DNA of 64,000 bases from Candidatus Bathyarchaeota archaeon (GTDB lineage Archaea; Thermoproteota; Bathyarchaeia; Bathyarchaeales; Bathycorpusculaceae): assembly GCA_963707955.1 (NCBI GenBank), contig OY970176.1, positions 1,440,001-1,504,000 on the forward strand. Direction: 5' to 3'. Positions 39,997 to 49,169 of the stretch are shown here, piece by piece. Positions within the stretch are counted from its first letter, which is position 1, and each line of letters opens with the position of its first letter. Under the pieces are notes generated by a model, which was not told the DNA's origin, made no database searches, and saw only the letters and a program-made list of their open reading frames with translations. A program made the position numbers and the translations under genes.

Positions 39997-40230
39997 CTAC
40001 ATTCAACTCCCATATATGGGATTGCGATACACTGCTCTATACAAGAAAGGCGAAGTATCAACTTAAGACTTTTTTCATCTTCATTCTCTGCTGTGGTTTA
40101 TCGCGACTATCCTTCAGCCCAGTTTTTCTGCCTAGGGGTCGAGCATTTGCGACTGCCGACAAAACTGCGCCCAATAGTACAAGCTAAACATCGAATGAAA
40201 CTCATGTAAAAAATGCAGAAGTGACATAAA

Positions 40231-40428
40231 TTGAAAAATAAATCAAAATTCCTGCGCCAAGCATTAATCGGTTTCATCTTGTGGACACTATTTCTTAGTC
40301 CATACATGCTTTTTGTCGCTCATGTAAACCTTGCGCAGTATCTATGGTGGCTATTGATGGAAGGCTTACTTGTACCTCCCATTTCTATTGTCGTTATTAA
40401 CGTTACGAATAGACTAACTAAACAATAG
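40231..40428 (+). CDS. Small two-TM membrane protein (element cargo)
   Basis: 65-aa ORF with two hydrophobic segments. Confidence 0.5.
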   Translation: MKNKSKFLRQALIGFILWTLFLSPYMLFVAHVNLAQYLWWLLMEGLLVPPISIVVINVTNRLTKQ

Positions 40429-40470
40429 TCACCTGCTTGTACGCGCTAGTAAAACTTAGGAGAAAACACA

Positions 40471-40698
40471 ATGACTTACAGGCAAAAAAGGCCAAGATGG
40501 TGCGAGCATCAAGACTGCATATGTCAAAGAAACATTTCTAACCAGATGTGTGGTGGTAGGCTTCCGAATCCTGTACTTCATGTGGACACCTTTAATTTTT
40601 ACCATTTATGCCTCAGAGTAGATGGTGAAGTATCTACTTTCGAGATAAATAGTACTGACTTAGACTGCTTCAGACAGATCTTTGATGCTTTAGATTAG
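40471..40698 (+). CDS. Small Cys/His-rich hypothetical protein (element cargo)
   Basis: AGGAGA RBS-like motif; RPRWCEHQDCIC...MCGGRL...HLC. Confidence 0.55.
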   Translation: MTYRQKRPRWCEHQDCICQRNISNQMCGGRLPNPVLHVDTFNFYHLCLRVDGEVSTFEINSTDLDCFRQIFDALD

Positions 40699-40923
40699 AA
40701 GGAAAACAAGTCTTTTAAGTCGATAGTCGCCCGCCCCTTCTCTTTTTCGGCATTTCTACCTTAGAAGCATGCGAAAGCTCTGCTTGTTTAGTTTGCTAAC
40801 CTGAAAAGATAGGCAAACTGTATTTCAGCAAGCGGGATAGCGGCGACGTCTGATCGTTTCTCACGAAAAAGCCAGATTGCCTTCCCGCGCATATGCCTGC
40901 GATGACTTCCAACAGTCTGTTCT

Positions 40924-41499
40924 CTAGAAGTCGTGCGGTTTCGCTAATACCTGTCTTATCTTTAAATCGAAGAATCTTGCAGCGTTTGCCGGGCGTATCC
41001 GAAGTGCGGTGTCGGCGCCTCGACCAGTTCCGCCGATAGCGATAATGTCCTCGTCGGTTGGAATCAAACCAGCATCTGCGGCCATCAAACTTATCTCGAC
41101 GCAGACTTTTGTTCCTTCACCCATGCGGCGGAGCACGTTTGCCATCAGCTCCAAGGGCTGGATTGTGCCGAAATCTTTGCGCACAGCTCTTTCAGCGCTG
41201 CTCAAGGCGTGAGTGCCGGCGAAGATCGTTGCTCCGTTTGCCAGGATTCTTGTCTCATACTCATCTTGCAGCTCACTCTTGCCGGGTTCTTTGAAACCGA
41301 AATAATGAGTGACGATGACAACGTTGCGGCCTTTGAACATCTCAGCTGCTTTTGCTCCCGTTTGACCGGTTGTTGAGGCAACCACGATGCCTTTTATGTC
41401 TTCCTTTTCCATGTATTTCTTCACGACTTCCAGAAGACTGTCAGTGTTTTGCTCGCCTGCTTTTGCGAAGTAGACAGTCTTTTCTTCAAAGAGACTCAT
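40924..41499 (-). CDS. Pyruvate kinase C-terminal-like alpha/beta domain protein
   Basis: YFAKAGEQNT, VVASTTGQTG, HALS, KVCVEI, GGTGRGADTA. Confidence 0.8.
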   Translation of the reverse strand: MSLFEEKTVYFAKAGEQNTDSLLEVVKKYMEKEDIKGIVVASTTGQTGAKAAEMFKGRNVVIVTHYFGFKEPGKSELQDEYETRILANGATIFAGTHALSSAERAVRKDFGTIQPLELMANVLRRMGEGTKVCVEISLMAADAGLIPTDEDIIAIGGTGRGADTALRIRPANAARFFDLKIRQVLAKPHDF

Positions 41500-41563
41500 A
41501 GCTTCTTCCTCATCAATGACAAGCTCATAAAACTGTAGAGTTTGTTTTATAGTTTTGGAATTT

Positions 41564-42112
41564 CTAACGGTCAGCATCCTTTGTTCGAAGAGGTTTTCTC
41601 TTCAGCTCTGTTCCGCATACTTCACATTTTGAGGACTTGTAGCCTGCAGGGTATGTCTTGTGGCAAGCGGGGCAATACCGCAACCATTGCAGGCGGCGAC
41701 GAATGCCGAAGGTCGCAAGTGGGGCGAAAGCTATTTCGACCTGTTTCGCGACGTTCTGTATTGAATAATCGTCCGTGGCAATCAACGGGTCCCAGCCGCG
41801 TGATCTGAGTTCTAGGGCCAGTGCTAAGACTTGCAAGTCTGCTTTTGACAGGAAGAAGAGATCACCTACTTCTCTCGCTGAGTCTTTAGCTTTCTCCAAG
41901 TAAGTCTTGTCTGGGTTTTCAACTTTCACTTTACCGTTTTCTTCGGCGGTCTTGAGCCTGAACCCGAGAATCGAGTTTTCTCCGATCTCGTCTCTGACTG
42001 CAGGAACGGTGTACTGCTCGTCATTCATCAGGAAAGGGTCAAGGCCAGCGACGAGAGCAGAGGTGTCTAAGACAATGACTCTTCTGCCTGTCGGGTTGCT
42101 TAAGGCTTTCAC
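41564..42112 (-). CDS. nob1: Nob1-like PIN endonuclease with Zn ribbon
   Basis: VLDTSA, LSKAD, TDDYSIQNVA, CPAC...CEVCG. Confidence 0.9.
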   Translation of the reverse strand: MKALSNPTGRRVIVLDTSALVAGLDPFLMNDEQYTVPAVRDEIGENSILGFRLKTAEENGKVKVENPDKTYLEKAKDSAREVGDLFFLSKADLQVLALALELRSRGWDPLIATDDYSIQNVAKQVEIAFAPLATFGIRRRLQWLRYCPACHKTYPAGYKSSKCEVCGTELKRKPLRTKDADR

Positions 42113-42957
42113 CTCATTCCCTTGAAAAAGAGTCTACTTCTTAATCGGTGGTACAGATTCTCTCGGAATCTTATGAAAGATGTTTCATATTTTGACCTTG
42201 TGACGGTGAGGCGTGGAACTCTGGACGTTACGAGTTGTCGATGGTGTCCATCTATCAGTACCTGTATTCTTCTCGGTTTGCTAACTTCAATTGCGAGTGT
42301 CGAGTTCGCGGGAAAAACAATTGGCCGAAAAATCGTCAGTGGACAAATTGGTGTGAGGACGAAGGCGTCTACTCCAGGGTCCAAAACGGGCCCTCCAGCC
42401 GAGAGCGAATAGCCTGTGGAGCCTGTTTGTGTGGCTACCATCAATCCATCTGACTGGCAGCCTATTATTGCTTCTTCGTCTCTGAAGACTCGAGCGTAAA
42501 GTAGTTTTGCTGGTTCATCGGCTGAGATTACAACTTCGTTCAAAGCTTCTGGAAGCTTCAATCCGTCTGCCATAACGGAGAGTTTCATGCATTTTTCAAT
42601 TCTAAACTCGCCATTTAAGCACTTGTCCACGGCTGTGAAAGCCTCTTTCGGCTCCACTTCTGTCAGAAAGCCCCTTACGCCCATGTTTATGCCGAGTATT
42701 GGAGGCTCTGGCTTGGCGATCGAAATGCAGGTTCTAAGGATTGTTCCGTCTCCGCCTATGGCAACTATGAAGTCAGTCTTCATATGCCCCAGTATAACAG
42801 ATTTTTCATCGAGGCCTGTTCTTTTGACCAGCGTCTCTTCTGCATAAACCTCTAAGCCCCGTGCTCTCAAGTGCTTGGCTAGGTCTTCTGCCAGTTTGAC
42901 TGCTTTTTTTCTGTCGAATCGTGCAACCAGGCCGACGCTTTTGAACAAGGCTTTCAC
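42109..42957 (-). CDS. nadK: NAD(+) kinase
   Basis: GGDGT, GFL, LNE, DG...TGSTGYSLSAGGP. Confidence 0.94.
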   Translation of the reverse strand: MKALFKSVGLVARFDRKKAVKLAEDLAKHLRARGLEVYAEETLVKRTGLDEKSVILGHMKTDFIVAIGGDGTILRTCISIAKPEPPILGINMGVRGFLTEVEPKEAFTAVDKCLNGEFRIEKCMKLSVMADGLKLPEALNEVVISADEPAKLLYARVFRDEEAIIGCQSDGLMVATQTGSTGYSLSAGGPVLDPGVDAFVLTPICPLTIFRPIVFPANSTLAIEVSKPRRIQVLIDGHHRQLVTSRVPRLTVTRSKYETSFIRFRENLYHRLRSRLFFKGMR

Positions 42958-43043
42958 CTTCAGCGTAGTAGCGCCACCTTAAGCTATATATGGATGTTGT
43001 TCAAAATTGCTGAGGATAGTGATCGTGGGCTGTTGGTGAGGAT

Positions 43044-43436
43044 ATGAGCAAACCGGTTGACGTTGGAAGCCTGCGCGTTGGGGGCTACATGATTATTGAT
43101 AGTGAACCTTGTCATATCGTTGACATTACGAAGTCGAAGCCTGGTAAGCACGGTTCTGCCAAGTTTAGAATAGTTGCGATCGGCGTGTTTGACGGTCAGA
43201 AGCGCCAGTTTGTTAAACCCGTTGACCTTGGCGCGGAAGTTCCGATGATCGACAAAAGAATGGGCCAAGTGTTTGCTGTCAATCCTTCAGGGGTCCAAAT
43301 AATGGATTTGGAAACCTATGAGTACTTTGATGCTCCTTTCCCACAGGAAGAAGAGTTGAAAATCAAGCTTACTCAGGGCGTCGAGGTTGAGTACTGGAAG
43401 ATTCTTGGCAGAACCAAGATCATGAGAATAAAATAG
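43044..43436 (+). CDS. eif5a: Translation factor aIF5A
   Basis: KSKPGKHGSAK hypusine motif. Confidence 0.96.
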   Translation: MSKPVDVGSLRVGGYMIIDSEPCHIVDITKSKPGKHGSAKFRIVAIGVFDGQKRQFVKPVDLGAEVPMIDKRMGQVFAVNPSGVQIMDLETYEYFDAPFPQEEELKIKLTQGVEVEYWKILGRTKIMRIK

Positions 43437-43456
43437 AATGATGGATCGTTCTTGCG

Positions 43457-43705
43457 CTAGCTTTTTTTGTCTGGTGCACTTTTTCTTTGGCTCCACCAGT
43501 CCCAGCCCAGCTTTCCAAAGCCCACGTAGAGAACCAAAAGTATTGTTCCCCAACTCAATGTAATGCCCGCGATTTTAAGTATCAATTCGAGCAAGTACGT
43601 GTAGCATGCCCAAGCGCTCACACTGCCTAAACCGATCAGAAGAAGTGCAAATATGGCGAAGTGGATTGCGCGTTCAGCTGTCAACGATTTTCGCCTGTTT
43701 TTCAA
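43457..43705 (-). CDS. Small membrane hypothetical protein
   Basis: 82-aa ORF with two hydrophobic helices. Confidence 0.55.
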   Translation of the reverse strand: MKNRRKSLTAERAIHFAIFALLLIGLGSVSAWACYTYLLELILKIAGITLSWGTILLVLYVGFGKLGWDWWSQRKSAPDKKS

Positions 43706-43782
43706 TCCTTACAACTGAGCATCGTTTTGTCGATAAAAGATTTTCCGTCAACGTTTATCTTCCTGTCTAGCCACCACGTTGA

Positions 43783-43846
43783 TGAGGCCGATGATGCAAA
43801 GAAGAGCCGTCTGATCTGTGAAGATATTCAAATGCCTGAGGCTTCA
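43783..43846 (+). ncRNA. Box C/D guide sRNA candidate
   Basis: Terminal stem TGAGGCC/GGCTTCA; C-like ATGATGC, D' CTGA, C' GTGAAGA, D CTGA; guides of 13 and 11 nt; TTTATC ~25 nt upstream. Confidence 0.7.
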
Positions 43847-43864
43847 GTCCTTTTCCTATGTTGC

Positions 43865-44290
43865 CTATTGATGTTTGCGCGGCAAATGTACCTCTAAGAT
43901 GCCTTTTTTGTATTGGACATGCATTTTCTTCATGTTGACTGAAACTGGAATAAGCATGTGACTGTGGAACTTTTGGAATTCTCCTCTGCAGTAAGTTATT
44001 CCAAGGTCGTCAAGTCGTATTTTCCGTTTCATCTTTGCCGTTATTTCGAGGGAGTTGCTGCCTACCGGCTCAACCTTCACCGTGCTCTTGCTTGTGAAGG
44101 GCAGGTCAACAGTGACTAACACTTCTTTTGGAGTTATCATCATGTCGCGGAGGGGTTCTATTGAGCCGTTGCGAAGGTTCCAACTTGGTCTCTCGGTGAA
44201 GACTTCTCTGAAACCTTCAGACCACTTGTCGAAGTCTGCAAAATAGTCGTCAATTATTTCAGAAACTGAACGTTTTCTTCTTATCGCCAT
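43865..44290 (-). CDS. Small heat-shock protein (Hsp20 family)
   Basis: EPLRD...VTVDLP...YKKGILEVHLP. Confidence 0.8.
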   Translation of the reverse strand: MAIRRKRSVSEIIDDYFADFDKWSEGFREVFTERPSWNLRNGSIEPLRDMMITPKEVLVTVDLPFTSKSTVKVEPVGSNSLEITAKMKRKIRLDDLGITYCRGEFQKFHSHMLIPVSVNMKKMHVQYKKGILEVHLPRKHQ

Positions 44291-44304
44291 TTCACTCTTC
44301 CTCC

Positions 44305-45052
44305 CTATGAAACATACATTGGAATGTCGTACTCTTGCCCCTTCTTCATCTTGGACATCTCTTCCTGTGTTCTCCTCATTACATCTCTGGCTCTCAGCCG
44401 TATCTCTTCGCCTTTTTCGAGGAGTTTTGCGACATCGACTTTCACTCCTGTGATCTTCTCAAGGTTTTTCAAAACTTCAGCTGCTGCCTCTGGGTCTGGA
44501 TAGTTGAAGAAGCACTGGGCAAGCAATGTTAAAGCTGGAGTTCCGGCGTTTGCAGTCTCGCTGCAGCATGATTGCTTGAGGGCCAACCATGTAGCCTTCC
44601 GTCAGAATTTCAATGCTCTTATCCTGAGCTATTTTAAGGGCTTCAGGACTTGAAGCAGCGGCGAAGGTTTTCAGCTCCTTGGCGTCCTGCCGATCTTGGA
44701 TAGGGAGACCGCTCAGTGAAATCATCATCTTGACGTTCTTATTCTTTCCCCAGTCGATTAATGCGTCCATTATGGGGTAGATGACATCGGCGGGTATTGG
44801 GGCTTCAGATATTGCTAAGAGGATGTTGCCAGCTGCGAAAATCCGTATCGAAGAGTGTGGTAGGCCTTCATGCAGAACAATGAGGGGCGGTAGAAGTCTG
44901 GAGTCTAGATAGGCCACTTCTTCAAGGTTTAGTTCATCAATCAGATGCGAAGCAGCTATCACGCCTACGAGTCCAACGTCGGGGAATCCGAAGATCAATG
45001 TGGCCCCGGATGGAATTTTCTTCCGCTCGATGATTCTTACTTGTTCGCTCAA
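44305..45052 (-). CDS. PAC2-family proteasome assembly chaperone; frameshift near 44560
   Basis: GFPDVGLVGVIA N-terminal ORF joins the C-terminal ORF with YPDPEAAA and the terminal MYVS. Confidence 0.85.
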
Positions 45053-45165
45053 ATCAAACCCTCACGTTTCTTAGGGGGTTGTGAATGTAAAAAGCTTATG
45101 GAATCTGAGCTTCGGTTACGGAACAGCTATTAAAGGCGTGAAAGGTTCTACATTTGGCTAAGATC

Positions 45166-46500
45166 ATGTCTTTGGAACGCTTGGGCTCCTCGCTCTATGA
45201 CGCTCTCAAGAAAGTGTTCAGAGCTTCGGTCGTAGATGAAGCTACTGTTAAAGAGCTTGTTCGAGACATCCAAAGAGCACTGCTTCAGGCTGACGTAAAC
45301 GTCCAACTTGTCCTTGGCATCTCTAAACGAATAGAAGAAAGGGCTTTGAAGGAAAAGGTTCCTCCAGGCATTGCGAGACGCGAACACGTCATAAAAGTTG
45401 TCTATGAAGAGTTGACGCGCTTCCTAGGCGATAAGCCGGTGCCGTTGAAGGTTGAGCCTGGAAAAAGAAAACTAGTGATGCTCGTGGGCATCCAAGGTTC
45501 AGGAAAAACAACCGCGGCAGCCAAGCTTGCGAGATATTTTCAGAAGAGGGGGCTGAAGCCAGCTCTGATCTGCGGGGACACTTTTCGACCTGGAGCCTAT
45601 GCACAGCTCCAACAACTCGCGAACAGGATAAACGTGCCCTCGTACGGCGATGTGAAAGCAAAGGATTCTATCAAAGTAGTGAATGAGGGCCTAAAGCAGT
45701 TCAGCGAGAAGGACGTGATCATCGTTGACACATCCGGTCGTCACAAGGAGGAACGAGAACTGATTAGAGAGATGAAGATGCTTGAGAAGAGTATCAAGCC
45801 AGATGAAGTCATGCTTGTGATTGACGGAACGATAGGTCAGCAGGCATTAGCTCAGGCGAAAGCTTTCAACGAGGCAACGCCCATAGGCTCTATCATGGTC
45901 ACCAAACTGGACGGGTCTGCTAGGGGCGGTGGAGCTCTCTCCGCCGTTGCTGCAACGGGGGCCCCTATAAAATTCGTCGGAACCGGCGAAAAAACCGAGG
46001 ATATAGAGGCTTTTGTGCCTTCCCGTTTTGTTGGTAGACTCTTGGGAATGGGTGACTTGGAGACTCTTCTGGACAAAGTGCGTGAAGCGGAGATATCTGT
46101 TCCAGAAAAGAAGGCCAAGGCCATCCTGAGCGGCAAATTCACGCTGACGGACATGTATGAACAATTCGAAGCTTTGAAGGGCATGGGCACCTTCAAGAAA
46201 CTCTTGAAGATGATTCCGGGAATGTCTTACAACATTCCTGATGACATGGTCAACATGGCTGAAGGGCGTCTGGAAAAGTGGCGCGTCATGATTCAGTCGA
46301 TGACGCCAGGGGAGAAGGATAACCCAAAGATTTTTAATGCTTCGAGAATGAAGCGTGTGGCAAAGGGTTCAGGCACTAACGAAAAAGAGGTAAAAGAGCT
46401 TCTGAAGCAGTATGTAATGATGCGCCGAATGCTTAAGACGATGCGACGTAGAAAGAAGTTTCCATTCTTTGGAAAGGACCTGCCCGTCGACATGAAGTAG
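45166..46500 (+). CDS. srp54: Signal recognition particle protein SRP54
   Basis: GIQGSGKTT, DTSGR, TKLDGSARGGG, Met-rich M domain. Confidence 0.97.
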   Translation: MSLERLGSSLYDALKKVFRASVVDEATVKELVRDIQRALLQADVNVQLVLGISKRIEERALKEKVPPGIARREHVIKVVYEELTRFLGDKPVPLKVEPGKRKLVMLVGIQGSGKTTAAAKLARYFQKRGLKPALICGDTFRPGAYAQLQQLANRINVPSYGDVKAKDSIKVVNEGLKQFSEKDVIIVDTSGRHKEERELIREMKMLEKSIKPDEVMLVIDGTIGQQALAQAKAFNEATPIGSIMVTKLDGSARGGGALSAVAATGAPIKFVGTGEKTEDIEAFVPSRFVGRLLGMGDLETLLDKVREAEISVPEKKAKAILSGKFTLTDMYEQFEALKGMGTFKKLLKMIPGMSYNIPDDMVNMAEGRLEKWRVMIQSMTPGEKDNPKIFNASRMKRVAKGSGTNEKEVKELLKQYVMMRRMLKTMRRRKKFPFFGKDLPVDMK

Positions 46501-46524
46501 ACCCGTCGGAACGAAGGTTGCACC

Positions 46525-47859
46525 ATGGACATTCTGCAAACAGCCTTGAAGATGCTCGAAAAACATCCGCTGTGCGACCACTGTCTGGGAAGACAGTTTG
46601 CCCTTCTTGGCCATGGGATCGAGAATGACCAGCGAGGAGAGGCGATTAAGCTCGTGTTGGCCCTCGAGAGTCATGTGTCGGCACTTTCAGACAAAAGAAA
46701 GGGCGTAAGTACTCTGAGAGTGCTGGCAACGAACGGCTTCTGTGAGACTGCTAGGGAAATTCTCCAAGAAATAGAAAAACCCAACGCGGCGGATGGTCGA
46801 CCGACAGAATGTTTCTTGTGCGCCGATAGATTCGCCGCCGAGGACGATTTGGTCAAAATGGCCCTCCAGCTTCTTCAGGATTTTGAGTACAACACCTTCC
46901 TAGTCGGTACAGAACTGCCCGTGCCAGTTGCAGAACGTGAAGACGAGTTTAAGGCCGAGTTTGAAGTAAGCCACGGCGAAAACATGCGCAACGAGTTCGG
47001 AAGGGTTATAGGAAAAGAGATTGCTCGGCGCACTGGAAAGACGGTGGAGTTTGGAAGGCCCGAAATAGTCGTGCTTGTCAACCCCTTCCGTGGACAGGTC
47101 GGGCTTCAGGTGAACCCGCTTTTCGTGGCGGGAAGATACCGAAAGCTTGTCCGAGGCATACCGCAGTCAAAGTGGTTCTGCTCAAGCTGCCATGGGAAAG
47201 GCTGCAAAAAATGCAACTGGACAGGAAAAATGTATCCAGAATCGGTGCAAGAAATCGTCGAAGGGCCCTTCTTGAAAGCGGCAGGTAGCCTGAAAGCTTC
47301 TTTTCACGCTTCCGGGAGAGAGGACATTGACGCGCGCATGCTGGGCAACGGTAGACCTTTTGTGATCGAAGCTACAAGGCCGAGAAAGCGTTTCTTGGAC
47401 CTTGAGAAGCTTGAAGAAGAGGTGAACGCTGTGGGAAGGGGCAAGGTTGAGGTTTCGGACCTAAGGTTTGGGGACAAGAATGTTGTAAGGAGGTTGAAGA
47501 GGGGCGAATCCACTCAGAAAGAATACCGTGTGCTAATAGAATTTGATAACAAGGTCTCGGCCAAGGATCTGCAGCTGTTGGAAGAGAAATTGAGAAACGT
47601 AATGATCAAGCAGCGAACGCCGGTTCGTGTTTTGCATCGACGTGCGGACATGACTCGGGAAAAGTACATATACGAGGTGAATGTTAAGAAATTGTCGCTT
47701 AAAAAGGCCGAAATGAAAATACGCTGTCAAGGAGGACTCTACGTTAAAGAATTGGTGACCGGAGATGAAGGAAGAACAGTCCCCAGCGTGTCAGAAATTC
47801 TCAACAACAAAGCAAAACCTATGAAGCTTGATGTTCTGAGCGTAATCATGGAAGCCTAG
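46525..47859 (+). CDS. pus10: tRNA pseudouridine 54/55 synthase Pus10
   Basis: CDHCLGR, GRYRK, GREDIDARMLG, GGLYVKEL. Confidence 0.95.
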   Translation: MDILQTALKMLEKHPLCDHCLGRQFALLGHGIENDQRGEAIKLVLALESHVSALSDKRKGVSTLRVLATNGFCETAREILQEIEKPNAADGRPTECFLCADRFAAEDDLVKMALQLLQDFEYNTFLVGTELPVPVAEREDEFKAEFEVSHGENMRNEFGRVIGKEIARRTGKTVEFGRPEIVVLVNPFRGQVGLQVNPLFVAGRYRKLVRGIPQSKWFCSSCHGKGCKKCNWTGKMYPESVQEIVEGPFLKAAGSLKASFHASGREDIDARMLGNGRPFVIEATRPRKRFLDLEKLEEEVNAVGRGKVEVSDLRFGDKNVVRRLKRGESTQKEYRVLIEFDNKVSAKDLQLLEEKLRNVMIKQRTPVRVLHRRADMTREKYIYEVNVKKLSLKKAEMKIRCQGGLYVKELVTGDEGRTVPSVSEILNNKAKPMKLDVLSVIMEA

Positions 47860-47873
47860 GAGTTGGCGGAAAA

Positions 47874-48170
47874 GTGAGAAAATCAAAAGGTTATCGTTCT
47901 GGTACGCGTCGCCTTTTCAAGAAGGAACCCAGAGAGCGTGGCAAGATGAAGCTTAGCAAGCTGCTCTACGAGTATCAGCCTGGGACTCAAGTGGTTGTCA
48001 AGATCGACTCAAGCGTTCAAAAGGGAATGCCGCACAGGCGATATCATGGTAGAGTTGGCACCGTAATCAATAAACGGGGAAGAAGCTACGTGGTAAGCGT
48101 TTCACAGGGAGACGCTATCAGGGAGATCATCGTTAGGCCCGAACATTTAGAACCGTGCAAGAGCGATTAA
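47874..48170 (+). CDS. rpl21e: 50S ribosomal protein L21e
   Basis: SKGYRSGTR, KGMPHRRYHGRVG, RPEHL. Confidence 0.96.
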   Translation: MRKSKGYRSGTRRLFKKEPRERGKMKLSKLLYEYQPGTQVVVKIDSSVQKGMPHRRYHGRVGTVINKRGRSYVVSVSQGDAIREIIVRPEHLEPCKSD

Positions 48171-48171
48171 G

Positions 48172-48510
48172 ATGTCTAAAGGAAATATAACAGAAAAGAA
48201 GCTCACACTGCCACAGGTCAAGAAGATAATGGAGACTATTGGCGAAGAAAACCTTGACCAGCTCCAGCGCCGCACGTTCGATTACGTATCCAAATTTGCG
48301 AAGGTTGACGCCGAGACAGGCGAAAAGCTCGTGGAAAAGCTCATGACAGATTTCGGTTTGGAAGAGGTAGAGGCCATCGAAATAGTCAACTGCATGCCGA
48401 AAAGCATTGAGGAATTGAGGGTTTTTCTAGCTGGTGGTCGCAAAATCATTGAAACCGGAAAGTTAGAGGCAATAGTCAACCTGCTGAATGAACATCGAAA
48501 ACTGAAATAG
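48172..48510 (+). CDS. rpo4: RNA polymerase subunit Rpo4 (F)
   Basis: Position after L21e; IVNCMPKSIEELR. Confidence 0.9.
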   Translation: MSKGNITEKKLTLPQVKKIMETIGEENLDQLQRRTFDYVSKFAKVDAETGEKLVEKLMTDFGLEEVEAIEIVNCMPKSIEELRVFLAGGRKIIETGKLEAIVNLLNEHRKLK

Positions 48511-48572
48511 TGAGTTGTTAATCCTAACTTCAACTAGATTTTTAAACAGTAAGAGACTATCTATAGGCGATT

Positions 48573-49148
48573 ATGACTATGATGGAGAAGCGGTACGAAG
48601 AGTACGCTTACATACTGGACTTCCTGCTCCACGGGCGTCCAGGTGTGCACGTCTCAGGCCGGGCTGGTTACCGAGCGGGAGCCTTGGTGCAACTGGTGGG
48701 GGAGGAGTTCTTCACCCTCTTGGAAGCACTGGTCAAGGAGGGCGTAACTCTTAAGCCTAACGACCGTGTTTTCGTCGGAAAGGAGGCGCGTGAGGAAATC
48801 ACCTACATAATCGGGCGGATAGGTTATGAGGAACTGACGGCTGCTGCACGAACAGAGCTTTCGACTGTGATCGGCAGAATAGTGTTGAACCGTGAAGAAT
48901 GGTTCGTTCAATTCTTCAACACGGCACGGGCTGTGACGCCAAGAATGCACGCGCTGGAGTTGGTTCCCGGTATTGGCAAGAAATACATGTGGCAAGTCAT
49001 AAACGAACGCGAGAGAAAACCTTTCGAAAACTTTGAAGACCTGCAGAAACGTACAGAGCTGCCGAATCCCGTTAAGCTGATCACGAAGCGGGTTATGGAA
49101 GAACTGAGCAGTGACGGCAAGTATCGGTTGTTTACGAGGGCCCAATAG
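48573..49148 (+). CDS. DUF655 nucleic-acid-binding protein
   Basis: EEYAYILDFL, FTLLE, RMHALELVPGIGKK HhH motif; conserved synteny. Confidence 0.92.
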   Translation: MTMMEKRYEEYAYILDFLLHGRPGVHVSGRAGYRAGALVQLVGEEFFTLLEALVKEGVTLKPNDRVFVGKEAREEITYIIGRIGYEELTAAARTELSTVIGRIVLNREEWFVQFFNTARAVTPRMHALELVPGIGKKYMWQVINERERKPFENFEDLQKRTELPNPVKLITKRVMEELSSDGKYRLFTRAQ

Positions 49149-49169
49149 CGCGGTTAAGTCAATTAACTG

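Larger units (their letters stand above)
38071..40816. mobile_element. Inserted non-autonomous or degraded element with direct-repeat flanks and degenerate terminal inverted repeats
   Basis: ACTGTATT(T) at 38063 and 40817; imperfect ~50-bp inverted repeats at 38071-38117 and 40765-40816; removing the element restores the GNAT frame; no recombinase inside. Confidence 0.8.

Noticed and set aside
39538-40209. 223-aa + strand ORF
   Set aside because: Antisense shadow of the compositionally skewed cas6
2000-45052. Frameshifts near 2320, 12255, 20255, 31620, 32750 and 44560 as programmed frameshifting or true pseudogenes
   Set aside because: They are scattered single-base indels in unrelated, otherwise intact genes with no shared slippery motif. 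Assembly error is the most parsimonious explanation; read data are needed to confirm.
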